From assembly GCA_038143065.1 (NCBI GenBank), contig JAYQLI010000035.1, forward strand, positions 736,001 through 800,000: a DNA stretch of 64,000 nt, written 5' to 3'. Source of the DNA: Rhodospirillales bacterium (GTDB lineage Bacteria > Pseudomonadota > Alphaproteobacteria > Bin95). Positions within the stretch are counted from its first letter, which is position 1. The number at the start of each line of letters is the position of its first letter. Under the pieces are notes generated by a model. The model was given only the letters and a program-made list of their open reading frames with translations. It was not told the origin of the DNA and ran no database searches. Shown one piece after another: positions 20,725-32,556 of the stretch. The position numbers and the translations under genes were made by a program.

Positions 20725-21566
20725 GCAAACTCCTGAGAATGCCGGCTTTCTTCCTCCCTATAATTTCTAGCATATCTCTCAATCGCACGCTTGTGCACTG
20801 TTAGAGAGTCAGGATCGAGTTCTACTTTAGGACGCGGCAGATGTTCAAAGTTGCCAAATCGATCTTCACCTCGTACGAGCATTGCACATGGCTTCTCTGG
20901 TAATTTTCCTCTCAGGCTTGGAGAAACAAAATTCATACCAAGTCCAACCCTTCTCTCGGTTGATCGATTGGGCGCCGATCGATGTAAACAAAGACCGTGG
21001 TGCATGGAAAATTGACCTGCTTGCAAGGGCATGAGTGTGCCATCAACTTTTAGATCATCTGTTATTGATTGAGCAGCGCGATTAACACTGTGTTCTACGA
21101 CATGCACAGCATGACGCATTTGTGAAGGCCGACCGTTAAATGTTAAAGCTTCAAGACACCCTGCCTCCTCACTTGCATTTGTGAGCGCTATCCAAACAGT
21201 AACTTCTTCTGGAGGTGTCAATCCGTAATAAGTCGAGTCTTGATGCCAAGCTGTTATTGCCGGGTACACAGGATCTTTAATAAAAAAAGTACTGGTATAA
21301 ATCATTATATCTGGCCCGATTAAAGCCTCAATCGGATCTAAGATACGAGGATCATGAGCTAGGTCGGCTACCCACGGAAGGCAGCAATGGTTCATAGACC
21401 TGAAGTTGAAATCTTTAGCATGATTGACTGGTGCGCCAAGCCAATCCTCAAACCGCATCAACCCTTCCTGACACCGCTTTAACTCCTCAGTAAGCAAAAG
21501 GTTGATAGGTGATAAGAAGCCATTATGATTGAAAAAATTTATTTGTTCATTTGTTAAACTAGTCAT
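20721..21566 (-). CDS. PhyH family Fe(II)/2-oxoglutarate dioxygenase
   Basis: FNHNGFLSP, FFIK, WHQDSTYYG, WIAL and HRSAPN..RR. Confidence 0.87.
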   Translation of the reverse strand: MTSLTNEQINFFNHNGFLSPINLLLTEELKRCQEGLMRFEDWLGAPVNHAKDFNFRSMNHCCLPWVADLAHDPRILDPIEALIGPDIMIYTSTFFIKDPVYPAITAWHQDSTYYGLTPPEEVTVWIALTNASEEAGCLEALTFNGRPSQMRHAVHVVEHSVNRAAQSITDDLKVDGTLMPLQAGQFSMHHGLCLHRSAPNRSTERRVGLGMNFVSPSLRGKLPEKPCAMLVRGEDRFGNFEHLPRPKVELDPDSLTVHKRAIERYARNYREEESRHSQEFA

Positions 21567-21784
21567 GACACCATCAATCCCACGGCTCACCAGACGAAAA
21601 TAGAGCACTTAAATCAAGCGGATTTTTATCCTTCGAAGAGGAATAGATATTACTTGCTGGATATGACATCGGCAGCAAAGAATTACATAAATTAGAACTC
21701 CCAAAAGATCATTGTGACCGATGCTTGCACGACGGCGCCGGTCCGTCCATCCTTACTTGATATTCCTTTAAATATTTGGTGCAC

Positions 21785-22984
21785 ATGTCCCTCACCCACA
21801 TCTTGGTTCCTGTTTTTGCGGCTGTTGCAATGCAGGCGCTTCCAACTTTTGCTAATCTGGGCCCAACCACCCTGGCATCTGAAATTATCCCTGCTCTGAA
21901 TTTACCTGGGATTGCAACGAATGCTTATGTGACAGGGCTCTATTCTATTGCAACATTGACTTCTTTCGTTGCGGCCGCGTTTGTTTTAAAGCACGGACCA
22001 ATCCGAGCAGGTCAATGGGCACTAAGTTGTTACTTCTTAGGTGGACTTATTATTTTCGCTTTTCCCCATCCCATCAGCTTCTGCTTCGCGGCCTGTTTAT
22101 ATGGCGCTGCATATACTATGCCGATCCCTCTGGGGGCTCACATTCTTATAAATCACACACCACCTCACATGAGAAATACTCTATTTGGCATTAGACAAAT
22201 GGGAGTTCCGATAGGGGGACTTGCTGCAGGTATGTGTTTCCCATTAATGGCGGAAGCATATGGCTGGCAATTAGCAATACTTTTCGCCGCATTGGCTTGT
22301 CTTAGCCTTGCATTGGTTATTCAATTAATTCGGTCTCAGTACGACACCGAACGACAGCCAAAAAGGCAGCTTTTTATATCTAATGGCCAAGGCCCAATTT
22401 CAGTAATGCAACATGCCCCAAGAATGCGGCGACTGTGTTTTGCAGGAATGTTATTTGCTGGGGCAGAGGTCACCGCTGTCGCTAATATTGTTTTCTTCCT
22501 ATCGCATGACGTCGGGTGGTCATTAACTTCAGCAGGCCTAGCATTGAGTATCCTTAGTTTAGGTGGAGCTATTGGCCGTCTTTTTTGGGGACTTGTAGCC
22601 GATCGTCTCAGAAATAACACCAATATGCTGGGGTATCTCGGGATAGCAATATTTGGGTCAATGATCGCTCTTGCGGTTTGGAGCGACGATGCCCCTTCGT
22701 TGGTTTATGTAGCCGCATTCTGTGTTGGAGTAACAGCAGGAGGATGGACAGGAGTTGGCATTGCCGAAGGTGCACGTTTGGCAGGAAAATCTGGTGCAGT
22801 GGCAGGAACGGCAGCATTAACTCAATTCATGTTTTTAGGTGTTGTTCTTCTTCCAATGATGGCTGGAATAGCGCTAGCCTTAGGAACAACTTATCCTTAT
22901 GTTTTTGCTATGGTCGGGGCACTCAGTGGGCTTGGCGGCCTATCCTTACTTACGATGCCGCCTGAACATACTAGATCCACTCCA
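21785..22984 (+). CDS. MFS transporter, first unit; reads in frame into the second unit
   Basis: About 12 hydrophobic segments; RNTLFGIRQMGVPIGG and GRLFWGLVADR. Confidence 0.8.
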
Positions 22985-24177
22985 ATGCAGAAAATTCCTT
23001 GGACCCCGCTTTTACTCACAATGCTCACCCAAGCTGCGGCTACAATGGCGGCATATACCTTATCCACTGCCTCTCCTTATATTGCTCCCGACTTAGGCGT
23101 TGAAAATGAGGATGTCGCACAACTAGTAGCTGTCGTCTATTTATTGGGGGCTATGTCAGCGATGACAGTGCCCCCTTTATTCATCGCTTTGGGGGCATGA
23201 CAATTTCCATAGCCATCTGTGTTGCAACCGCCGCAATGCTATCTATTGCATCGTTTGCCTCTTCCATTGGCATACTGACGTTAGGCGCCCTCAGCTTGGG
23301 CGTTTTATACGGGTCTACTGCTCCATCAAGCAGCCATGTGCTAGCACCTCTTACATCTGAAAAAAGAAGGAATTTTGTATTTTCGGTTCGACAAATTGGC
23401 GTACCTCTGGGAGGAATTCTTGGAGGATTATTAGTACCACCATTGATCTTGATTGGCGGTTGGCGGATTGCATTTCAGGCCCAACTCATATTTGCACTGG
23501 TGATGATATTTGCAATTTTTCTTGTCCGTTCTCGATATGACCACGGACGCGACCGTAACCGAAATGTTTGGAGCTTAAGTGGACCTATTCGGCTTGTGGG
23601 ACTTCTGCGCGAACTACCCGAGATAAGACCTCTCGCAATTGCCGCTTTTGTGTATTCGGGTGCTCAACTGTGTTTTGGAGCATTCATTGTTACACAACTT
23701 GTCCGGGTCTATGGTCAGGACGGATATCACTTTGCCAGTGCCGTCGCACTGGTGGCATTTCAATTATCTGGGATAACTACGCGAATAGTGCTTGGTGTAA
23801 TTGCTGACTCATGGATATCGGCTCGCTGGCTTCTTGTGGCCCAAGGTTTTTTAATGACACTCTCCGCTATAGTTGCTGCAGGTTATGATTCAAGCTGGCC
23901 CTATTGGCTAATAGTAATTAATTGTGCTCTCGCTGGAGCAACAGCAAGCGGTTATACAGGACTTGCTTTTGCAGAATTTGTGCGTATGGGAGGCCCCAAG
24001 CGGACCGCTGAAGCAACTGGCTTAGGAACAGCCCTAATGTTCTTTGGTGTAGCTGCAATGGCCCCTCTTTTTCGTCTTGGGATTGATATCTTTAACGGTT
24101 ACGCCATCCCATATTTTTTGGTCGCTGCGCTAACAGCAGCCAGTGCATTACTTCTAGCAATCGGAACACGCCGATGA
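22985..24177 (+). CDS. MFS transporter, second unit (1-nt deletion near 23180)
   Basis: MQKIPW..QAAATMA; RNFVFSVRQIGVPLGG and RIVLGVIADS. Restoring one T joins this start to ORF 23197-24177. Confidence 0.8.
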
Positions 24178-25021
24178 CTTTTGCTAAACTCACCCCTCAA
24201 TTGTTAATAGATAATGATCACATGGTTGGCTCTTTGTTTGTTAAAGAGTGTCGACCACTGAACCCAACCCAATTGACCACTCCAATTCTTATGGTGCATG
24301 GATCAAATCATGGATGGTGGGCTTGGCGGGTTTGGCAGCCTTTCTTTGCTGCTGCCGGATGGCCAACATACGCATTATCTCTTAGAGGTCATTATGGCTC
24401 TGCCCCGGTCAACGAAAATGATTTCTTAAACCTTAGCATGTCTGACTATGTCGAAGACGTTGCTTCAGTGGCGCGCTGGCTTGGCAAGCCTCCAGTTCTT
24501 ATAGGCCACAGTCTGGGTGGTATAGTAGTTCAAAAGGCGGCAGAGACGATATCTTCAGCAGCTATCGCTCTTATTGCTTCTATTGGTCCGTCAGCCATTG
24601 GTCGCCAAAGACCTGGACCGCCTCCCCCATGGACAAGCCTGTTTTTCCTAGCAAGGCAGAAGCACTCGAACGTTGGATGTACGACCCATGGCCTGAAGAA
24701 CGCTTTGATCAATTTTACGAATGTCTAACCCCTGAATCTCCAGGGGTATTGGCCACATCTGGGACAGGATTAACCGACGTCAATGCAGAATTAATAAAAT
24801 GTCCTGTCCTTTGTGTAGGAGGCTCAGAAGACAAAAGCTATGTCCCAAAAGCGGAAAAACTTGCAAAAATCTACAAAGCTGATTGGTTTGAGCAACCCGA
24901 CGCAGGACATGACATGATGTTAGAGTCTGCATCTTTGGATGTCGCACAGCAAATTAATCAATGGCTGATTGGAAAATTAGGCTTAGAACGGTCATCAAAA
25001 ATCCAAGCGATTAAGCCATAA
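24174..25021 (+). CDS. Alpha/beta hydrolase (frameshift in the C-run near 24625)
   Basis: MVHGS.HG.W, LRGH, GHSLGG nucleophile elbow, GGSED and AGHDMM. Confidence 0.85.
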
Positions 25022-25098
25022 TATTTCATATGTCATTGGCTGCAGCTAAAACTGGATAGATTGAAACCTCATTACCTCAAAAAGAAGGTCACCCTTAC

Positions 25099-25890
25099 TT
25101 GAATATATCAAACCCAAACTGGAGATATGTTCGTCTCAGACAGTCTGATGATATTGCCGTTGTTACGTTCGATCGAGGCGACGACATCAACGCACTGTCC
25201 CTTCAAGCAATGACCGAGCTAACTGAAGCTGCCAACCAGATACAATCCGATCTCAACATATCGGCAGTTGCTTTAGTTGGAAGCCCAAAAGCCTTCTCAG
25301 CAGGACGCGATCTAAAAGATCCTGCTCTCGATCCACGCCAAAAATCAACCTTGTTGGAAAAACGACATATAGCGGGAGCTGGTTCTCGGCTTTGTAAAGC
25401 CTGGAACGAAATTGAACAATTCACCGCTTGCGGCATCGAAGGTTTTGCAATTGGTGGCGGGGTGGCTTTAGCTGTATCTTTGGATTATCGGGCAGTTGGA
25501 AGATCTAGCCATTTCAGAGCACCCGAAACCGCTTTAGGACTCTCTATGAGTTGGGGGTCAATACCAAGGCTAGTAAATCTCATTGGGCCAGCGCGCACTA
25601 AGCAATTTCTAATTCATGCAAATCAGCGATTTTCAGCTGAAGAAGTTTATAAATGGGGACTAGTCCAAGAAGTTGTTGATGATGGGGACGCTGCCAAAGC
25701 TGCTATATCAGCCGCTAAAAAGGCTGCTAAAATCCCTCCAGTAGCAGCTCGGATGGTCAAGCGGGCTATCGATTCATATGCAAACGCCTTGTCGGATGCC
25801 ATCATTCATATGGACACCGATCAAGTGCTTTTAACAGAAAATGACCTAGAACACCTAGAAGCGGTGCATACTTTTCTGGCAAAAGACTAG
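25099..25890 (+). CDS. Enoyl-CoA hydratase/isomerase family protein
   Basis: NAL, AFSAGRDL, GFAIGGG..LA..D.R and PE..LG. Confidence 0.88.
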   Translation: MNISNPNWRYVRLRQSDDIAVVTFDRGDDINALSLQAMTELTEAANQIQSDLNISAVALVGSPKAFSAGRDLKDPALDPRQKSTLLEKRHIAGAGSRLCKAWNEIEQFTACGIEGFAIGGGVALAVSLDYRAVGRSSHFRAPETALGLSMSWGSIPRLVNLIGPARTKQFLIHANQRFSAEEVYKWGLVQEVVDDGDAAKAAISAAKKAAKIPPVAARMVKRAIDSYANALSDAIIHMDTDQVLLTENDLEHLEAVHTFLAKD

Positions 25891-25951
25891 CCGAATAACA
25901 AAGGTTCCTGATTCTAGGGGCTAATAAACACAAACTTGGAGTAATTCTTAT

Positions 25952-26500
25952 ATGCCCTTCCGTTTTAGCTACATTGCAGCCGTCTTTGCCGCTGCTGGCG
26001 TTTCCGGTGGTTCTGCAGCAGCCCAGGATCTCGAAAATACACTTTACCTTGATGTTGATGGAGGTCGCGTAACGATTGAAATGCGCCCAGACGTAGCTCC
26101 AATGCATGTGGCGCGAATTAAAGAGCTAACACGTCAAGGTTTTTATGACGGCCTTACTTTTCATCGCGTAATTGATGGCTTTATGGCTCAAACAGGTGAT
26201 CCTAGAGGTGATGGCACCGGGGGATCTGGACAAAACATTACTGCGGAATTTAACCAAATGCCTTTTGAACGTGGTGTTGTCGGAATGGCACGCTCACAGA
26301 ACCCAAACAGCGGTGACAGTCAATTTTTTATTATGTTTGAAGCCGCTCCACACCTTAACGGTCAGTATACAGCCTGGGGACAAGTTGTTGATGGCATGGA
26401 GCACGTTGACGGCATCAAGAAAGGCCATGCCGCAATGAATGGATCTGTGCAGGATCCAGATAAAATATTGAAAATGCAGGTAGCTGCTGACGCTAAATAA
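25952..26500 (+). CDS. Periplasmic cyclophilin-type peptidyl-prolyl isomerase
   Basis: Signal peptide; FYDGLTFHRVIDGFMAQTGDP, GMARS, SQFFI and YT.WGQV. Confidence 0.93.
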   Translation: MPFRFSYIAAVFAAAGVSGGSAAAQDLENTLYLDVDGGRVTIEMRPDVAPMHVARIKELTRQGFYDGLTFHRVIDGFMAQTGDPRGDGTGGSGQNITAEFNQMPFERGVVGMARSQNPNSGDSQFFIMFEAAPHLNGQYTAWGQVVDGMEHVDGIKKGHAAMNGSVQDPDKILKMQVAADAK

Positions 26501-27296
26501 TCCTACTCTTCAACTGTAAGGTTACCGCGCCCAGTTCACCAATTGAATATTGGGCACGGTCACCAATAGCTGCAAAACGTGTCTTTAATGTGGAGCCGGT
26601 AATCACTACCTGTCCCTGCTTAGCCGTTAGTCCTCTTGAATTTAAATTATTAAGAACAGAGGCTAAAGCATTGAATGGATTACCCATTGCTTCACCTGTT
26701 GTCGCATATTCTTCCACATCGTTGTAAGAAAGACACACAGGGCAATTAACCCAATCAATCTCTTTCCAGCCAATCAATTCTGCCCCTAAGACAACACCCC
26801 CATTCCAAGTATTATCTGCAACTAAAGATAGAGCTTCAAAATCTGAGTAATCGGCTGCTCGATCCTCAATAAGCTCAAAAGCAGGCGCCACAACTGATGT
26901 TACTTCCATGGCAGACGATGCATCAAAGATTTTGTCAGAAGGCTCAATATCTACCCCCAAGACAACCGCGAGCTCAAATTCCAGTCCAAGACGCACATAA
27001 TTACTCGCCCTCACCCTCGTAGGCCCTGCTATAATTGCCTTCTCTAAAACTCCCCCAACACAGGGCTGGTCTATACCACACAATTGCTGCATCGCTGGTG
27101 AGGTAATTGCTATTTTCCAGCCTCCAATAGAGCCAACACCCTCGCTCTCCCAGATTGAATGAAGACGTGTCTGAACAGCATAAGCCTCCTCTAAAGAAGT
27201 TGGCGCTAGATCGTCCTTTAGCCACTCAAATTTTGCTCGCTTTCGATTTTCGGCAAATAGGTGCTGGGCTATTTTCTCAATTCGTTCTGAATTCAA
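26493..27296 (-). CDS. 2-keto-4-pentenoate hydratase / fumarylacetoacetate hydrolase superfamily protein
   Basis: AYAVQ, GWKIAITS, EFELAV, PAFELIEDR, VADN and VITGS. Confidence 0.85.
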   Translation of the reverse strand: MNSERIEKIAQHLFAENRKRAKFEWLKDDLAPTSLEEAYAVQTRLHSIWESEGVGSIGGWKIAITSPAMQQLCGIDQPCVGGVLEKAIIAGPTRVRASNYVRLGLEFELAVVLGVDIEPSDKIFDASSAMEVTSVVAPAFELIEDRAADYSDFEALSLVADNTWNGGVVLGAELIGWKEIDWVNCPVCLSYNDVEEYATTGEAMGNPFNALASVLNNLNSRGLTAKQGQVVITGSTLKTRFAAIGDRAQYSIGELGAVTLQLKSRII

Positions 27297-28961
27297 TTTT
27301 TAACTCCATAATCCCGTGCCGCCGCGTTAACGGATATATACCCGTCAGCAATATCTCTTTTAATAGCCTTGAGATCCCGCTCAGCGGGAAGGACCATAAC
27401 CGCCAGCACCAGCCAAGCGAAAACTCACAATGTCACCACGCTTAAGTGATGTTACATCTTTAGATCCAAGGGTTTGGGGGTGAGTATCTGGATTTAATAT
27501 CGTTTCAGCTCGAGCCCCTGCTTTTCCGCCAAAGATACCATAAGGCTGGGTATCATGACGGTCGCCAAGTCCTGTCATGATGGCTTCCTCGGCGAGGAGT
27601 TCAATGTCTTTTCGCAACCCTAAACCACCACGATACTTGCCTGCTCCACCAGTATCTTGAATCAACTCCAGGCAATGAATACGAACCGGATTATGGGTCT
27701 CATGAACTTCCACAGGAATATTGCGACAGTTCATAACAGGGGCTAAAGCCTCTGCACCGTCCTTATCAGAGCGCCAACCGTAGCCACCAAACATTAAGTC
27801 ATACATCACGAAAGGCTTACCTGTTTCAGGGTCTAAACCTCCAATATTTGGATTGCTCCAATGGCTGAAAGCCCCCATGGCTCGATTGGGCATAGCCTTT
27901 GCTAACGCCCCATTTATTGCGTCAAAAATTCTGATTTGAAGCGCTGCACGGCCACCACTTGGAGCTGGAAAAGTGGGATTAAAAAAGCTGCCCGGACGAG
28001 CTTTTGCAATGATGGGGCGCATCCCTCCATCATTTTGTGGTAAGAGCGCGTCGCAATACACCTTTACAGCAAAAAATGTGTATGCCCGAGTATAATTTAT
28101 GTAGCTATTAAGAGCTGCGGGAACTTGATCGCTTGACCTCGAAAAGTCGACTTCTATGACATTTCCATTGATTGTAACGTCCACTGCAACTTTGATTGGC
28201 GGGGTGCCTGGCCCGTAATCATCCATCTGGTCGTCAAAGCTATAAACGCCGTCAGGCATGTCACCAATTAGCTCGCGCATTCTTTTTTCTGAACGTTCTA
28301 AAATCTCGTCAAATGCGCTTTCAGTTACATCACGCCCATATTGAGAATGTAGCTCCTCAAGTCTAACCACTCCCGCACGATTTGCATTAGCTTGGGCTCT
28401 GAGATCGCCCCTCACCTTTTCGGGCGCACGCACATTGCCGAGAATTATTCTCAAAATGTCAGCATCAAATTCTCCCGCTCTGATCAATCTAATTGGAAGA
28501 ATTCGCAAACCCTCTTGGTAGGCTTCAGTAACCCCATGGACTTTTTGAGACCCTGGAGCTGCACCACCAACATCAATATGGTGGGCTGTGGTGCATACAA
28601 AGCCTATGACTTCGTTATTCAAAAAGGCTGGACTGACGAGAAAACAATCAGGAAAATGACCAGACCCTAAAAAACTATCGTTAAGCAGAATTGCGTCGCC
28701 CGGATGTAAATCAGCGATAGGAAAATATTCTAATACCGTCCGAACAACATACGGCATCGAGCCAAGGTGCCCTGGAGTAAAGTTTCCCTGAGCAACCAAG
28801 CGCGCTTGTATATCAAATACACCAGTGGAGAAATCTTCGCCCTCACGAACAGCCTCCGAAAAGGCCGTGCGCCGAAGGGTAGAACCCATTTCCTCCGCAA
28901 TGGCCAAAAGACCATTCCAGATAACTGTCAGCGTTATTGGATCAATATTGGCTTCTTTCAT
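27293..28961 (-). CDS. hyuB: Hydantoinase B / 5-oxoprolinase beta-type subunit (indel near 27390)
   Basis: DPITLTVIWN..IAEEM..LRRTAFS..RE..DFS, NDSF.GSGHFPD, HHIDVGG and QEGL; the C-terminus continues as DIADGYIS in another frame. Confidence 0.87.
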
Positions 28962-31029
28962 ACACGACTACCTATGTTAATCCGAATATGGCCATTTTCT
29001 GTAACTATCGCTGTATCACCACTAGGTATAACGATAGTTGCTTCGGGATCCTCAATGATTGCCGGTCCAACTATTTCTGTCCCAACAAAAATCCCTCTGC
29101 GATCATAGATTTTTGTTTCAACAAAGCCGTTTGCTTCTGGTTGCCAGGTCTTTCGTTGCCGGGGGGAATAGATGATTTTGGAACATGCCAACCGAGATCC
29201 AATTTGTCAGAATGCAATGGCAGGGTGGCAACCAAATGCCAATCTACAGCCTCAATAGCAGCCTCATGATCTGCATACCCATAAGTCTTCTCATAAGAGG
29301 CATGAAATGCCTCTGCAACTAGAGCAGGAAAATCACTATTTATAGGACCTTCCGGCAAATCTGTTCTAATTTCGTAACCCTGACCTTTATATCGAAAATA
29401 GCCATATCGATTAAACTTGGGCGTCCCAGGAGCTCCCAGACGCTTCAAATCCTCTGACACACGACTTTCAAGACCTTCATATATTGAACGGCACACCTCT
29501 TCAGCAATGCTTGTTTCAAGATCTAGTATTGAAGTAATCGACACCTCAATTTTAGGTGCCGCCTGCAAAAAGACCAATTGCGCTACCCACACCAGCACCG
29601 AATGGCGTTAAAACCTCTGGCATGCCAATAGCCCGCGCTATTCTCGCAGCATGAGCAGGCCCTGCTCCTCCAAACGCAACTATGGAATAGCGGCGGGGAT
29701 CTCTACCTCTTTCAACAGAGACAATGCGCATCGCCCTTTCCATGTTAGCGTTGGCAACTACATGAATTCCCCAAGCCGCTTCTTCAATACTTAGACCTAA
29801 AGGTTCAGCAACATCTCGAGCGATGCCAGTACGAGCACTTTCGAGGTCAAGTGACATGGCTCCTGCATTAAAGAAGTCAGGGTTCAAATAACCAAGAACT
29901 AGATTGGCATCGGTTACGGTCGCCCTATCACCCCCACGACCGTAACAAATTGGTCCAGGGTCCGCTCCCGCACTATCCGGGCCCACGTGAATAACACCAA
30001 GATCCACTCTGGCAATGGAACCACCACCTGCACCTATCTCCAAAAGCTCAACGGAAGGAACATTAATTGGAAGTCCAGAGCCTGCCTTATAGCGGATGGG
30101 ATCAACTTCAAAAGTTGGCAATACAGCGGGAACACCTCCATCTACAGCCCCAAGCTTGGCTGTAGTACCACCCATATCGAAAGAGATGACATGATTAATA
30201 CCAGCCTCCGCTCCAATTATTCCTGCCATTAGCACCCCTGCAGCAGGACCAGATTCAACAATCCGAATTGGTTCTTCTTTCACAATGTCCGGCGATATAA
30301 GTCCGCCAGCAGACTCCATTACAAACATGGATTGATGAAACCCTTTGCCTGAAAGAGTTCCTTCTAATCGGTCAATATAAGAAGAAACGATTGGCCTAAT
30401 GTAAGCATTGGCAACTGCGGTTGAGGTTCGCTCGTACTCACGAAATTTAGGAGACAGCGAGGAAGCCAAAGTTATTGGAATTCCTGGCAGGATTCTTTTA
30501 GAATGCGTTCAACCTGCTTTTCATGATCGGTGTTTGCGTACGCATGCAGTAAAGCAACAGCTATTGAACTGTAGCCACCATTTTTTATGGAACTGACTAA
30601 CTCTTTGAGAGCTGTTTGGTCTAATGCCTTCAATACCGTACCACGGTGATCTATCCGCTCTGAAACCTCAAATATTGACCGACGAGCGACAAGAGCCGGT
30701 GGTTTTTCCATATATAAATCATAGGTTTCATAGCGCTTCTGACGACCTATGATTAATACATCTTTAAACCCTTCGGTTGTTACTAGGGCGGTCGGTGCCC
30801 CTTTCCTCTCTATTATGGCATTTGTTGCGATCGTAGTTGCGTGTAATACCGCCTCAAGGTCTTTTCCGCTTTGTCCAGCTTCCTGCAAAAGCATATCGAA
30901 GCCTTCTTCTACCGCTTTTGCAGGATCTTCTGGGGTAGTAGGCAGTTTGAGGAAACGAGGGGATACTCCACCAGCCACAAGCACAAAATCAGTGAACGTT
31001 CCGCCAATATCAAAAGCCATTCTCAACAT
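28958..31029 (-). CDS. hyuA: Hydantoinase A / 5-oxoprolinase ATPase subunit (several frameshifts)
   Basis: DIGGTFTD, HATTIATNAIIERKG, REYERTST, ESGPAAG, DMGGTT, SAGADPGP.CYG and RYKGQGYE across four ORF fragments. Confidence 0.87.
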
Positions 31030-31226
31030 AAAAAGAATGTTGAACCCTCACGTTCAAGACTGCAAGGGATGAACTTAGTTAAAAAAGGTTGACTAAAATT
31101 TCTGGCTTTGCAGTCCACATTCAATTTAACTTTTTGAGATGAGAGCAATGCAAAAAAGCCGCTGTCCCAGCCTAGTTAATCAACCGGAAAGAGGTTATTC
31201 ATACTCTTTCATCAAGAGGCTTAATA

Positions 31227-32390
31227 ATGAAAATCGTAGTAGCAGGCTTGGGGTATGTAGGTTTATCGAATGCCGTTTTACTATCTCAAAAACACGAGGT
31301 CATTGGACTTGATCTTGATCAAGAGCGCGTAAAGATGGTTAACGACCGTCAAGCGCCAATCGTTGACGCAGAGCTTGAGAACTTTTTTGCAAATATAAAA
31401 CTCAATCTATTTGCTACCACTAATCAGAAAGAAGCCTACTCCTCCGCAGATTTTGTTATTGTGGCAACCCCAACTGACTATGATCCTGCAACGAATGAGT
31501 TCAACACATTTACTGTCGAAAACGTTATTGATGATGTTTTGAGTGTAAATAGAAATTCCACCATCGTAATAAAATCGACCATTCCTGTAGGTTTCACGAG
31601 AAACGTGCGCCAAAGGCTGGGGACCCAACAGATAATTTTTTCCCCAGAGTTTCTTCGTGAAGGACGCGCTCTTTTTGATAATCTGCATCCCAGTAGGATC
31701 ATCTTTGGTGATCAGGGTGAAAAAGCAAGCCAATTTGCCAATCTTTTGATTGAAGGATCAGCTGAGGAAGATGTTCCAGTTCTTTTCACTGGAGCTGATG
31801 AAGCCGAGGCAATAAAACTATTCTCAAATACCTATCTAGCTATGCGTGTAGCTTATTTTAATGAATTAGATAGTTATGCATTAGCTGCGGGTATGAATAC
31901 CCAGGAAATAATAGAAGGAGTTGGGTTAGATCCCAGGATTGGCTCGCATTACAACAATCCCTCCTTTGGATACGGCGGTTATTGCCTCCCTAAAGATACC
32001 AAGCAGCTCGCTAATTACTCGGAAATACCTCAGAATCTTATCCGGGCAATTGTCGATGCAAACAGTACTAGAAAAGACTTTATAGCCGACCAAATAATCT
32101 CAAAAAAGCCAAGTATCGTAGGCGTTCATCGTCTTGTCATGAAAGCAGGCTCAGATAATTTCCGGCAATCATCAATTCAAGGCATAATGAAAAGAATTAA
32201 GGCTAAAGGAATTTAAGTCATAGTTTATTAGACGAGTTTAAAGGAACATTACTTCTTTAATTCTCGTGTAATTGAAGACCTTGAAGCATTTAAAGCACAA
32301 TCTGACATCATCATCGCTAATAGGCACACAAGCGAAATCGCCGATGTTGCTGACAAGGTATTCACGCGTGACTTATTCGGATCTGATTAA
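31227..32390 (+). pseudogene. ugd: UDP-glucose 6-dehydrogenase with two in-frame stops (real or sequencing error)
   Basis: GLGYVG, PEFLREG and [10 protein letters not shown]. The frame continues past TAA 32214 and TAG 32229 to [21 protein letters not shown] at 32390, the canonical Ugd C-terminus. Confidence 0.85.
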
Positions 32391-32556
32391 AATACAGTTT
32401 TAGTTACTAAAACTTTCAAGAAATAAAAATATTCGAAACCAAAACAGCCCCTCTAATCCTAATAATTTAGGAACGCTCTCATCACTAAATATTGCTAGTC
32501 ACTAAACTCAGAAAACATTAGCCTACTTGTTTGGGCTGATAGCTAGGAGAAGTTGC

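Noticed and set aside
32214-32231. Stop-codon reassignment (TAA/TAG read as Glu)
   Set aside because: TAA and TAG terminate many genes in the window at their expected ends; only ugd shows this.
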